DNA of 63,157 nucleotides, filler included, from Sphacelaria rigidula (lineage: Eukaryota): assembly GCA_964200075.2 (NCBI GenBank). It is 10 parts of 10 records of this genome, joined end to end, with 100 filler letters (N's around TTAATTAATTAA, not from the genome) between each part and the next. Parts side by side here need not be neighbours in the genome. Positions count along the whole stretch, not along the records: positions 6,327 to 12,552 come from CAXNAA020021379.1; positions 12,653 to 18,878 come from CAXNAA020021380.1; positions 18,979 to 25,204 come from CAXNAA020021381.1; 7 more parts are not named here. One strand, 5' to 3'. The first letter of the stretch is position 1. Each line of letters begins with the position of its first letter. The notes below the pieces were generated by a model. It was not told where the DNA came from. It saw only the letters and a list, made by a program, of their open reading frames with translations, and searched no databases. Below, piece after piece: positions 11,561 to 23,218 of this stretch. A program made the position numbers and the translations under genes.

Positions 11561-12652
11561 CTTTCCGCTAAAGACAATTCCACGACTACCGGGACGGGCG
11601 TGCAAACAGTCTGGCAGCCGCAGTGTTGGTTGTAGTTGTGTTCTTCTAGTGGAATGAAGTTAGAGTATGACCGCATAGGGTTGGCACATGAATATATATG
11701 GGTGATTGCCCTCCTTCCACTTCAGCCGTGTGTTATGGATTATTTCACGATCTCACCACCTATCATGTGTGTAAATGTACTGAACCCTGGACAAGAGCTT
11801 TCTACAGGCAGTATCCACTGTCAAAGAGTATTGTGCACAGCATGGAGTCTATTGCCCACGCAACATGCACAATAGTGGGTACTCCACGGTGTGAAATGCT
11901 ACGGCCGGCCTGCGCGCCATAGCGGCTGTGTTACCATACCGCTTCGCCCAAGATACCGGCAGGCATTGTAGCGGCGGAGGCGACCTGTTTCTCCTGGGTG
12001 CGCCACCCAGGATAAATGCATACTTTGCTGCAACCCTGACAGCTGTAAAATATGGGGCGCAGCGAGGGGTAACATACCACGTACACACAGACAGCGAGCA
12101 GTATTGTTCTTGTATACTGTGTACAAGTATGATTCAAGATCCGTGCGCGCGGGGTGGGGCCGGCATGCAGAGAGCCATGCACATCTTTGCCATGTACTGC
12201 CGGGATGCGACCTCTTTTCAGTAGCAATCGCTTGCGATGTGTGCTGTGACCGATCTCGTGCATGATGCGGCTTTCTCCACCTCCGCACATTGCTCGTGAG
12301 GCCAGCTGTTGATGCTGATGGTGCCCACACCCCTGAGCCTAGAACAAAATAAACTGCGGAACATGACTGCGCTCGTGTCCGTACATACGCGTGAGCGTGG
12401 TCGGCATCCGAGGTCATCGGGACAGGGCGAGCAAGGAACAGAAGCAAATATACGCACCTCGCAAAGCCTACCAGACATCTCCAGTTTTTTCAGGGTTTCT
12501 TGGTGAAATTTTTCAACAACACTTGACAAAAAAAAAAAACATTTTCCGGGAGNNNNNNNNNNNNNNNNNNNNNNNNNNNNNNNNNNNNNNNNNNNNTTAA
12601 TTAATTAANNNNNNNNNNNNNNNNNNNNNNNNNNNNNNNNNNNNNNNNNNNN

Positions 12653-12820
12653 AAGACAAGCACCGCAGAAGGAAGAGGGAGAATTAAAAACAAATAAAAA
12701 AGAAAAAGCTCCTGTGTTGACCTCCCTCCTGTGTGACCCCGGCTGATGCGCGCCCACATATCCCGAAAGGGGTAGACTGACGCCCAGAATAAATGGGACG
12801 ACAACACACACAGCACACAC
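12653..12820 (+). mobile_element. 3' part of the tRNA-derived SINE with (CA)n tail, cut by contig start
   Basis: Reverse complement of the SINE core, ending GGGACGACAACACACACA. Confidence 0.85.
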
Positions 12821-12829
12821 TAAAGACTA

Positions 12830-13400
12830 CACGAAACCCCAAACGATATATACAGCTGATGATGATGTTTTTTTATGTGGACATTCCCTGGAGCACGGGA
12901 AAACAATCGATACCCTCACCTTTACCTAATTCGTCATTTATCTCAACATATGGCGCACATACGATTCTATACTAAATTAATATAAATTCATTATAAGCAG
13001 AGACACGAAATGTTTTAGAGCTATGCTTTGGAATTTCGCGTCTCAGTTTCTGAGAGTTGTGCTTTGAAATATTGTATAAAGAATCGTCAGGGAATAGCGA
13101 TAAAAACTTCAGCTTCTTGAGATTTTTTATTAAAAAAAAATGGACAGTGTTCTTGGCCCTTATTCCAGTTTTTCAGCGCAATTTTCAGAATTGTGATTCG
13201 AAACTCAGCATGGAGAATCGCTAATGCATGCTGAAAAAAAAGTGCGCTTCATTATTGGGGGAAGGGGAGAGGTAAGGGCGCTCTCGAAAAAAATGGCCCT
13301 TACGATTCTAAAACGTCCTGAAGTCATTGAAAGAAGAAAATCCAACATGTCCCTCTGTTTTGGTTTATTATGCCCTAGCGAGATCCCTCACGTAATTTCA
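12830..13400. repeat. Dispersed AT-rich repeat (old transposon fragment), inverted homolog at ~29830-30410
   Basis: CCCTGGAGCACGGG..GATACCCTCACCTT and GAAACTCAG..ATGCTGAA..GGGGAGAGGT blocks are collinear with the reverse complement of 29830-30410. Confidence 0.7.
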
Positions 13401-13479
13401 AAACACGCGTACCGAACTTGGCCCGGTGAGAGGCGTGCAAAAACACTGTCCCGAAATTCGACAGGCCCGGTTTCTAAAT

Positions 13480-13748
13480 CGCCCGTTCTCATCTCAATTT
13501 TGACAGTTGGACTTTCAGATTTGGTACGGAGAATGAATACGGCATTATAAGAAAAACTGTTTCGAGACCCCGACTTTTTTTTTTTTTCGTGAGTTAATGG
13601 CATTTTACCGAGAACTGGATACTCATTATTGGTTTTTAACTTATGAAGAATATAAGCTCAGGGTCATGATTTTCTTATTCTATTTGCCCTATTAATTCTC
13701 CGTACCAAATTGAAAGTCCAACTATCAAAATTGAGGTGCGGCGGGGCG
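13480..13748. mobile_element. MITE-like inverted-repeat element
   Basis: CTCAATTTTGACAGTTGGACTTTCAGATTTGGTACGGAGAAT pairs with ATTCTCCGTACCAAATTGAAAGTCCAACTATCAAAATTGAG. Confidence 0.65.
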
Positions 13749-13996
13749 TGCAACCTACAAATTCGCGTCTAGGCTGGACCAGCTCGTAGCGCCTGCAGGT
13801 TCTCCTGGAAGCGGTTCCCTCATTGTTTGGAAGTCTGACCGACCGCTTTGGGCCCTTGTGTGGCCAACCGTCCGACTATGGTGGGCTTCGAAAGGCAAGT
13901 TTTCTTCCTGCCGGACGAGGGCCCGCGCGAGCCAGAGTTGGCACTTGGTCATCTCGATTCGCCCGTAGTTGGCCATCTCGAGCACAGTATTGCACC

Positions 13997-14127
13997 CCCT
14001 CGACAATAGATTTCATTGTCGAACAATATACTGCGCACAGTATAGAAACTACTGTCTGTTGCAATAGATGCATTAGTCGATACTGTACGCTGTACGCTTT
14101 TTTGACAGTGTGTTCTATTGTTCAGGG
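13997..14127. mobile_element. Degenerate palindromic MITE, CCCTGGACAA family
   Basis: CCCTCGACAATAG...CTATTGTTCAGGG termini with the family's TACTGCG.ACAGTAT core. Confidence 0.55.
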
Positions 14128-14906
14128 TGCGCAGTTTTGTACAACGGTTGCGAGTTTCCAGTGCGATCCTTCCCGCTAAAGGCTTACTGCTCGCGGCAAA
14201 AACTTCGTGGTGGACAGTAAGGAGTCCTCTTGGCGCAGCGTCCACGTCGCACGTCCGTACAGCATAGCTTCCACCACCTCCGATTTGAGCAGCCGGATTC
14301 TCGGGGAACGTTTGGCGTTAGGCCCATCGTGTGATTGGGAACAATAATTTCGAACGCGCGCTCATGCAGCACTTCTTCGGCGCTTGACTTCGACGGAAAT
14401 ATCTTCGTGTCGGCACTGACAGATGGTGTTATCCTATCGCATGGATTACCTGAATAATGGCATTTTTGATTTTCCTCACGCATCGATCCTTTTCCCGCGA
14501 ATTAGTTTTCCATCGTGGTCTAGCTAAATAATGCCCACGCAAAGAAAATGTTTTTTAATTGGTTGGGATTCACGAATACTCTTGCTGTAGTTGAGGTCTC
14601 CAGAGTTTCGCAGTTCAGAAAAGGTTGAGACTGGGCTGCTTTTGCACTTGTGCAAGCTATGGCCCATCTCTCAGTTCCGAAATATATGCCCACCCCATGA
14701 GTACACCCCCGCCACACTAACCAAAACAAAAGTGATTACTTTCATTCTTTGACAAGGACTTCATATTCTTTTTTCAATTCGAACTTTTTATGGGATGTTC
14801 TGTGCGGTTATACCGGCTGATATTCGGGTATGTACAGAAGCATGGAAGCGGTATTTTATTGGTTAATACCCTTCCGAACCATACCGGATTTTTCGGAACA
14901 AGTCTC

Positions 14907-16554
14907 CAAGAACAGGTCGAGTAGGGTATACTCAATTGCGGGGTATTTCGAAAGTTGTGCTTCAAGTACAGGCTGGTTCACGCAAAAGACCCAATATTCT
15001 GTCATCAGCAAATGCCTTACGCAATACGCACCCAATAGTCGCATACAAGGTATCATACTGACCGCAATGAACAGACGAAGAGGATGATATAGCCGGATTT
15101 TTGTTCAAGGCTATAGCAGTGGCGCTACGGACAAAAACATGTCTCGACCAATCAACGCTTTTCGAACTGTTAAGAAATTGAAAATACGAATTCCAAGCCC
15201 AGACTCCACGGAATCTCCACATGCTTCAAGTCGTAGCAACCGTCATCAGCTTGGGAATCTTACGGGAGAAACAGGTTTGAAAACGGTTCCAACGGGGTCG
15301 AATCATGCCCGTAACCGTAATGTTGCGATGATGTGGAGTTTTGCCGTCGTCCAATATCCACTCATGATACGTACAAAAGACCCAGGGAGCCTCGTGACGA
15401 TTTCCCTTCTATATGTTGTAAAAAATCTTGGATCATCGTCAAAGTTGGTAGTTCCGTGGGTGTTGATGCTCCAAATGGAAAAAAGGGTATTCTTGGCAAG
15501 ATTTTATAGTTTCTCCGTTCTTTACCGGCTTCCGGGAGTCCGAGTTCAAATACCCCCGGAAGGCGGTACATAATGCCTCAAACGAGAAAAGAACAGCATG
15601 ATGCTTCCCGGGAGAGTCCAAGGAACACAAATACAAAGTTTGACGGAGAAACTCAATTATCTCACACGAATTTTTCTGCTTTGACGAAAAAATCACCCCC
15701 AAAAGACGTTTAAATACTAAAACCAAGTAGGTAGGAGTTTGCACGTTTCAAGCTCACGTCCTCACACAAACGCGCAAACCTTCACGCAGTGATGAGGAGT
15801 TAGACCCTGAGACTTTGCACAAATGTGCTACGGGTCATTACGCAAGTTTCGATCGACGGGGTCCAAGTCGTTTTTTCGAAGTCGTCTCCATTCTGGGACC
15901 CCGGAAAACCGGCTCTACGATTTTTTTTTTCATTTTTTTTGCACACACTCTATCGCTGCAAAATCCAATAAAGAGCCCCACAATGTTTCGTAGCCAAACT
16001 CGATGAACTGATGCTTAAAATTTCATGTTCACGTGAAGGAAGGCCCCAAAACGTCATTTTCTTACTAAAGTCTAGCAGTTGGCGGTTTCACCGTGGCACT
16101 GCAAGGTTCATCGCACAAACGCCAAACTTCACGGCGTTTTAAGGAGGTAGACCCTGAAATTTTGCACAAATGTACTCTGGGTAAGTACGCAACGTCGGAT
16201 GAACGAGGTTATTCGATTTTCTTTGTTGACCGTTTTACGGGGGTCCGACTGAGTCGAAGTTTCCCCGAAAAAACTGGGACCCCCGAGAAACGGTGAAAAA
16301 TTTGCGTAGTGACCCGTGGAACATTTGTGCATAATTTCTGGGTCGAACTCTTGAAAACAGCGTGAAGTTTTGCCGATGAGAGTTTTTTTTTTTTCCCCGT
16401 GAACCAGCCTGTACTCAAATTGGGGTAGGGTGTTGGGAGTCGTACCCACAAAATTACTGGAAAACGATCCTTAACACCCTGCCCCAGTGTGTTACTTTAA
16501 GTACGACTTTCGAAATACCCTACAATTGAGTATACCCTACGCGACCTGCCCTTG
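14907..16554. mobile_element. Non-autonomous TIR element (hAT-like, CAAG termini)
   Basis: ~65-bp imperfect TIR CAAG..CAGGTCG.GTAGGGTATACTCAATTG.GGGTATTTCGAAAGT; flanks CAAGTCTC and CAAAACTC (6/8); internal ~80-bp repeats at ~15775 and ~16120, inverted at ~16300. Confidence 0.65.
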
Positions 16555-17061
16555 CAAAACTCGATACCCTACCGGACCATACGGTGTGGTTTAGTACGCC
16601 AACCAATCCCCCCCCCCCTCTTCGGGACGACTATGGCATGCATGATCATGAGTACACCCCCTCTTCGGGATATTACTATTATATACCCTACATAATACTA
16701 CCTTGTGATATATGCTTAATATCATACCTGCCGTACCTCTTTGACATTAGTTGTGTTGTACGTGTTTTTCAGCAGAAGCTTTTACTTTGGGAGTCAGCAA
16801 AATCTCGGGAACTTTGTTTTAATCACATGGGGATAACCTGAGTGTTGGGTGGTGATGGGTGATCGAGGCTTGTTTTCTCAAGAGTAGACGCGCTTGAAAA
16901 CGTGCACGATCGATATCGCTCCTCGTTTGTGGGTGTGTGGTTGCGTGTGTCTTGTGGATGTCAGATACGCATATATGTCTTTTTTGTTTGTTTGGGGTTT
17001 TTGTTTTTCAGTTGACTTCTTTTGTTTGTTTTAAATACTAATATATATTTCTTTGGCTACG

Positions 17062-17130
17062 TCTATCATGAGACCACTGCTGGACCCCGGCGGGGTCAGT
17101 TAAAGTACGACAATCAATCAATCAATCAAT
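17062..17130 (+). mobile_element. 3' end of a LINE/SINE with (ATCA)n tail; relatives at ~17620-17700 (+), ~36476-36545 (-), ~54706-54775 (-)
   Basis: Shared ACCAC.GCTGGA.CCC.GGGG.TC.GTT..AAGT.CGACAATCAATCAATC terminus in four places across three contigs. Confidence 0.6.
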
Positions 17131-17215
17131 CATATCACTTTTTTTTTTCTTTCAGTAAGCGTTTCTGTTTTGGTGTCCTTGGTTGGGTACATCTATTTTG
17201 TAGAAAATGACCAGA

Positions 17216-17376
17216 CCCTGGACAATATATGTATGTTCAATAGTTGCACTGGACAAAAAAATGTACTGCGTAAAGTATAGGCCTACTGCAACTCTTTTCG
17301 GATCGATCCGACAATAGTTGCAGTAGGCCTATACTTTACGCAGTACATTTTTTGTCCAGTGCAACTACTCCAAGGG
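17216..17376. mobile_element. Palindromic MITE, CCCTGGACAA family
   Basis: TAGTTGCACTGGACAAAAAAATGTACTGCGTAAAGTATAGGCCTACTGCAACT has an exact inverted partner. Confidence 0.8.
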
Positions 17377-18544
17377 TCGGGCGACTTACTGATTCGTCTG
17401 GAAATTACTTGATTTCAGCGTCGCAGCCCAGGTACGCACAGCCCAGGCATGAGGAATGGCGCAAAGATTGCGTGGAGACCTGCCTGCTTTTTTTACCAGC
17501 GGTCGACTTTTCTTTTTTCTCTTTCGAGCAAACAGGCCTGAGAAATCATGAATTTGGTGATTCGAACCGGCGAGGGTTCGTTCGAACCGTGAAGTTCCAT
17601 TCACCCATATTTTGTCCAGAGTGTGATGGCGACCACAACCGGGTCCCTCGGGGATTACTTGAGGTAGTGCGACAATCAATCGTTCATTCAATCAATCAAT
17701 ACATGTGATGCTGTAAACAGGCGAAGGTGAAGGCAGACGCGGCGATGATGGTCGCCACGGCAAAGCCAATTCAACTCAGCGGCGACACAACGGACACTGC
17801 CGCTGGCGCTGCTTTGTCCCCGGAAAATAGAGATCGATATCGGCTGCTGGATGTTGGTCGAGCCAGGCGAGAGTCTCAATCTGTACGTTTTGTGTTCTTG
17901 TAGGTCCTCTCGGGAATGTTTTGAAAACCCCAAAGGGCAGTGTGAGCGTTCAAGGGAGGAAGAGAAGGACGGAGCAAAGGAGGTTCGGGCGAGAGAGGAT
18001 TGACCAGATTTTGTTCTTCTGTGTCGTCACTTACTTGCCGTGTGGTGGAAAATAACAAAACAAACTGCGGGTAGTATTAAAACAAGGAAAACGGAGAGGC
18101 AGACAAGAAGGAGAAGGTGAGCGTGTTCTCACCATGTGATTTTTTCCCCCATGGTGGCGTTTATTCGCAGCGACCTGCCTTTTGCGACTCGCAGTCATTT
18201 TAACGATCCCTTTACACCCTACGAGTCGACACAGCCGCATATGACGTGGGTAAGGAACGAACCTCACCCAAACCATCCTGAAATACCTCAGGCTCCTGGA
18301 TTTTTTTTGTCGACACGCGCAACACGGTTTTGTGTTTCCGATGTATGCTCAGCATCCATTACTATCATTCCCAGTACGCTAATATCCAACCTGTCTTTCG
18401 AAAAACGCTGTATTTTACCCCTGCCCAAAGGATGAAGCCTGCCCCCGCTTTTTTTTTCATGTAGATTACATGGTCGTGCCAATCATGAAGAAATGAAGAC
18501 TAGTCGACGCCCCAGAGTTTGGAACCCTTGGCTGTTCCTGCACA

Positions 18545-18878
18545 TGACGATACCAGAAAATCAAGCAACTCATTGTAAGATCATCCATATGCAAGATAAT
18601 CAGCATGCTTCAGGCTGAAAATTTTCAGCAGGATGAAGCTCACCCCTCATGCGACTAGACGAACACATCATGGCGCTCCGCGCTCGGCGATTGATTGCGA
18701 GCCTGGTTCGGCAGAAACCTGGCATGCTCCGTCCCGGCTTCGTAGGAATGCGAAGTCAAGGATATCAGGACTATGGCATGCAATATCATGAGTACATCCT
18801 CCGCCCCTCCCCCCCCCTCCAACACGCCACTCACTACGTAAGCTAGGCAACCAGGTTACCACTTTTTTTTTGCGCGCT
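18545..18878 (+). repeat. Repeat family R copy (permuted relative to 50085-50507), at contig end
   Basis: Blocks GATACCAGA..AAGCA.CTCATTGTA, AGCCTGG..CGG..GCTCCGTCCCGGCTT and ACGCCACTCACT.CGTAAGCTAGGCAA shared with other copies. Confidence 0.75.
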
Positions 18879-18978
18879 NNNNNNNNNNNNNNNNNNNNNN
18901 NNNNNNNNNNNNNNNNNNNNNNTTAATTAATTAANNNNNNNNNNNNNNNNNNNNNNNNNNNNNNNNNNNNNNNNNNNN

Positions 18979-19885
18979 CGAAGGGCACCTGCCCAAGTAC
19001 CTATGGGGTGAAATAGCAGCGACGGCAGTATTTCTACTGAATCGTCTACCCCATAGTAGCATCAACGGAGAAACATCGTACTACAGGATGTTTGGAAAAC
19101 AGGCGAAATTATCGTTTCTACGCACCATAGGTTGTCGTGCGTTCGTACGCAAGAAAGGACACCTCAACAGACTGGAGGACAAGGCATGGGAGGGAGTTCT
19201 AATAGGGTACGACAGCGACAGCCCTTCATACCGCATCTACGACCGGCACTCCGGCAGGATTAGTAGTTCCAGAAACGTCATATTCATTGAGCAAGCATCC
19301 GGAGCTCCAACCAATTTGTGGCAAGAATCAACTCCGAATACTTGGGATCGAAATGTCGACATCAACAATACGAGAAACACACTAATCAGAATATTTTCGA
19401 CTTCAACAACAACGTTTTTGAAGGTATCAAGCAGCTGGAGAATGTCGAAGACAGTTCTACTCCTTCAACGCATCCAAAGCGACTTCGATCTGCTGGCAGT
19501 GTGGAACAGCCTACTGCAACATATTCAACGACTAAACAGCAGTCCAATGAACTACGTAAATTAGCTCTGACGGCGGAACATTCGTCACAGCAATACATGG
19601 CTCTGGAAGCTGTTCTACAGTATATCGGAACGGTTGGCATGGAAAGCGTAGTGCCACCTGCATCGATTCCAGTTCCCAACAACTACAAACAAGCATCTTC
19701 TTCACCTTTCGCAACAAAATGGAGAGCAGACATGTTAGACGAACTCCGCAGCATTCAAGACCATCGCGTGGCCGACACTATTCCAGCTGGAAAAGTTCCG
19801 CCGAACAACAACATCATTGGCACGAGGTGGGTCTACAAGGTCAAAGCCGACGGACGATTCAAGGCCCGACTAGTTGTACAGGGTT
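18979..19885 (+). pseudogene. Copia pol fragment: integrase C-terminus, linker and only the start of reverse transcriptase
   Basis: LRTIGCRAFV...LIGYDSDSPSYRIY (IN/SH3-like), then PNNYKQA..KWRADMLDELRSI..IIGTRWVYKVKADGRFKARLVVQG (RVT_2 start), after which RT homology stops; frameshifted. Confidence 0.9.
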
Positions 19886-19962
19886 CGGCACAACCTCTCT
19901 CATCTCCATCATCAACTCCGGGCACCATTACTTCTTCCCGTTACACCCGTTTCTTTAACATC

Positions 19963-20550
19963 ATGAGTACGCCTCGCAACACCTTCACCAGCAACAACAA
20001 CAACACCAACTACCGTGGGAGAGCCTCTCGTAACATGCGCTAACACGTGAGATACCCTAACAACCGTAACTCCCGCCCACAAGCGACGAATATTCATGGT
20101 GTCACATCACGCACTAGGGCTTAACTAAGCACAGCCGACAACGGATCAAGACGAACGATTTCAGGGACAACAATTGACTGGGGATGTAGGAAGGATCACC
20201 TCCAGCATGTTGGCGTTCCAGGTCAGAGCTGGAGGGACAGACGGAGAATGGTCGCAGATCTCCGACGCTTCGGGCTATTCGATGAACGCGAATATCCAAC
20301 CATCTTCGATTTTCTGAGTTCCCTCAGGCAACTGTTTTTTATGGCAGACATTCATTTATTCTTGGACCTGAGAGTGCTCAACTTTTTTGTTGAAGGCTGG
20401 ATCAATGAGACCCCAGATGAGTTTGTTGTTTTAATCACGAAGAGGTTACACGACCAACTGACCTCAAGATTAATTCAAGTATCGGGGTCATCATCGTTGC
20501 CCGCTAGACTCAAGTACGGGAGGGATTTGGATGCACAAATTGCACCTTGA
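19963..20550 (+). pseudogene. Extra 3' ORF of the Copia element (~195 codons, two premature TAA stops in this copy)
   Basis: One frame from ATG 19963 to TGA 20550; the two TAA codons are CAA in the second copy (24869-25201). Confidence 0.6.
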
Positions 20551-21002
20551 ATAATGAATATGGGTTTATTTCTACACTCGGGCAATATACAAGTACTATA
20601 GTCGGGAGCTATCTCATGAGAATTTATTTCTTTTGTTTGTATACAGGAAGGCTGCATGGAAACAAAACATTTCTACCCGAGCAGTAGCATACTACGGGAA
20701 ATCATTTTTAGGCTAATACAGGCTTCAAAATTTTGATGCCACACACATAGTCCGAATGTGTATGTGTACATGAAATTTTGTGGTAAAGGGCGTTTCTTGA
20801 AACAATACCTGTGCAGTTGAAAAAGGGCGGACTGATTTTGTAATCAGCACCGCGAGCTCAAGTACCTCGATTGATTCTTGATTTGACTTGATTGCACTGC
20901 ACAGCTGACCATTTATACATCAGCGCATCGCAATATATACAGCTACCTTTTGTCTAGTCTACAATTTGATTGAGGACTGAACTGCTAAGCGACGTACAAC
21001 TC

Positions 21003-21011
21003 AAGGGGGAG
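21003..21011 (+). other. Polypurine tract
   Basis: AAGGGGGAG directly before the TGTTGG LTR start. Confidence 0.85.
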
Positions 21012-21589
21012 TGTTGGAAATCTGTACAGCCTAGCTGCTTGTATTTTGTGAGTTTTTACTCTCGTAGCAACTTAGCGGGACAACTAGTCACGGTTCAAGT
21101 AGCGCGGGATATCCCGGGTACAAGTACCTTTTTTGTATGGATCCTTGAGTTATATATATCCTGTAGATCTGGCAAAGCAAGCTCGTAGGATACGACAGTG
21201 TACTTCCAGTGTTTGTTAGTGCCGTAGCTTGAGTAAGGATCTTGTCTATGAACTGGCACTCTGCCACGCAAGTGACATGGAAGCGTTTGGTCACGTACGT
21301 GTAGCGCTTTGCTTTTTGGTTCCAGGGATTGAGGGACGGAGCTGGTGGTTCTCATCGCCCTCCAAGGTCACTCTCCCTCAACACCCCAGTTCCTGCTTTC
21401 TGAAGGAACTGTATATTTCTGCTTTTCTTGGCCAAATAAGCGCCCAATCAACTATTTGTATCACTGATTTATTCTGAGCTGCAGACGCAACTGATTTCAT
21501 GATCAGGGTGCAACCTCTGCTACTACTGTTCGCTGAACAGTAGTCGGTCTGTCGTACGGACGGTACCACGGACATGAATTCTTCTAACA
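21012..21589 (+). repeat. Copia LTR (578 bp)
   Basis: TGTTGGAA...TTCTAACA termini bracketed by PPT and PBS; TATATATA box near 21150. Confidence 0.85.
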
Positions 21590-21600
21590 GGTTATGAGCC
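21590..21600 (+). other. Primer-binding site (GGTTATGGGCC-type, internal tRNA-iMet fragment priming as in Drosophila copia)
   Basis: GGTTATGAGCC immediately after the LTR CA. Confidence 0.75.
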
Positions 21601-21785
21601 TCGATTCGCGACCAGGTCGTCAGGTCATCAACCTTCGACTTGAGACTGCATCGGTCAGCACCAGCGAAGGGACTTCCCATCAAGGTCGTCACTGCATCAG
21701 AAAAGTGAGAAGTGTCAAGCCTTGATATATTTTGAATTACACAAGGTTTCAAGCGTGGTGAACATTCACACATTTTTGCAACAAG

Positions 21786-23206
21786 ATGAACAGTCAGGGA
21801 GAGCCATTTGTTGCACAACCTATCAGGAGCATCAGGAAGTTTGACGGAACTAATTTCCTCGAATGGAAGCGCAGTACGCGCGCAATGATTTCCCTGACAC
21901 ATCCAGGGATCTCAGATATTATGAATGGGGGTACACGTCCCGCGGAATTTTTTGATGACGTGGAGCACGTTCAAGGTGCTCAATCACCTCCGATTGCAAG
22001 ACCAACATCAAGATCAACGCCGCCACACGCCCACTCCCAAGGAACTCCACCGCCTTCATCAGAAGAGGCAGCAGAACCAAGAGATCCAGCAACATGAGAT
22101 TCAGTTCAGGACCCGGCTGGTAGCGGAACAGACGTATCTCAGGAGGACACTCATGTCAGAATTGTGGCCAACATATCTGAAATTGAGAATTGGGATCGCT
22201 GTACTGAACAGTTGTTCAATATTCTTTACTTGACAACTGTAGGCCCAGCGGGCAGTTTTCTTCTTCGCTTCGAGCCGAAGGGCCGTGCAAGACCGAATGG
22301 TAAAATTGCATGGGAGGCACTGGTCGGTAAATACGAAACTCTTCGAAGCAACCGCGGCGTATTCTTATGCGTCAGCTAGATAACATCAAAATATCACCTG
22401 CACAAGATCCTGACGTGTTCCTGACCAAGGTCTACGAACTGCGTGACCAGCTGGTGTACATGGGTGAACCTATATCAGATGAAAGACTTACGGACATCGT
22501 AGTGGAAGGTTTAACAGATGACTATGACCGGATCAAGTATGATGCAGAACGCGATCCTGACTTCAGCATCTCCGACATCGAAGTGACAATGAGGAATATG
22601 CATTCCAATCGCGTCGCACGCGGAGTTTTGTCGAAAGGAGTACGCGGTCGAGATTCTGCCATGATAGCGACATCATCAACTAACAATTCTTCAACTCCTA
22701 CACGATTCGCGGGAAAATATTGTTCCTGTGGTAAGCTTGGTCACCATCTGCGAGACTGTCGTTCCAAAAGACAGTCCAACAGTAGCGGCAGGTCTGTTAA
22801 ATGGTGTGGTTTGCACCGAACGGACAAACATGACCATAGTGATTGTAAGAACCAAATAAACAATGGAAATACGGTCGGAAACCACAGTCATCATGGTGGA
22901 AACAACGATCGTCGTCGTCAACACACCCGCCACAACAACAGCCGCTCCAGCAGCAACAATAATTCCGGCCCCAGAGCAAACAACATCTCCAATCATCCGA
23001 ATCAAGCCAACACCGTCACCATAGATCCTGCATCAACCACTTCATCAACAACGACGTCGGCTACTCTTCCTTCGAATCACCAAGCTCAAGGTACCAGCGG
23101 GCCTTCATCCTTAACAGTGACCGATTCATGCTCGCCACCGAGTGGCGTAGGCTATACCTTTTTTGCCGATCCTGCAGACAAGGACATGAATCGACCACCG
23201 GTATAA
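21786..23206 (+). pseudogene. gag: Copia gag (frameshifted)
   Basis: KFDGTNFLEWK N-terminus; UBN2/Retrotran_gag_2-like GKIAWEALVGKYE..QDPDVFL..GLTDDYD; zinc knuckle-like YCSCGKLGHHLRDC and WCGLHRTDKHDHSDC; split across three ORFs. Confidence 0.88.
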
Positions 23207-23218
23207 ATATCATTCAAA

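Noticed and set aside
17710..18140. Possible 5'-UTR exons of a minus-strand gene (GTAAGT donor near 18033)
   Set aside because: No recognisable coding sequence; cannot be supported without transcripts
21012..21383. Shorter LTR ending at TCAACA (21383)
   Set aside because: No PBS follows; the PBS at 21590 fixes the end at 21589
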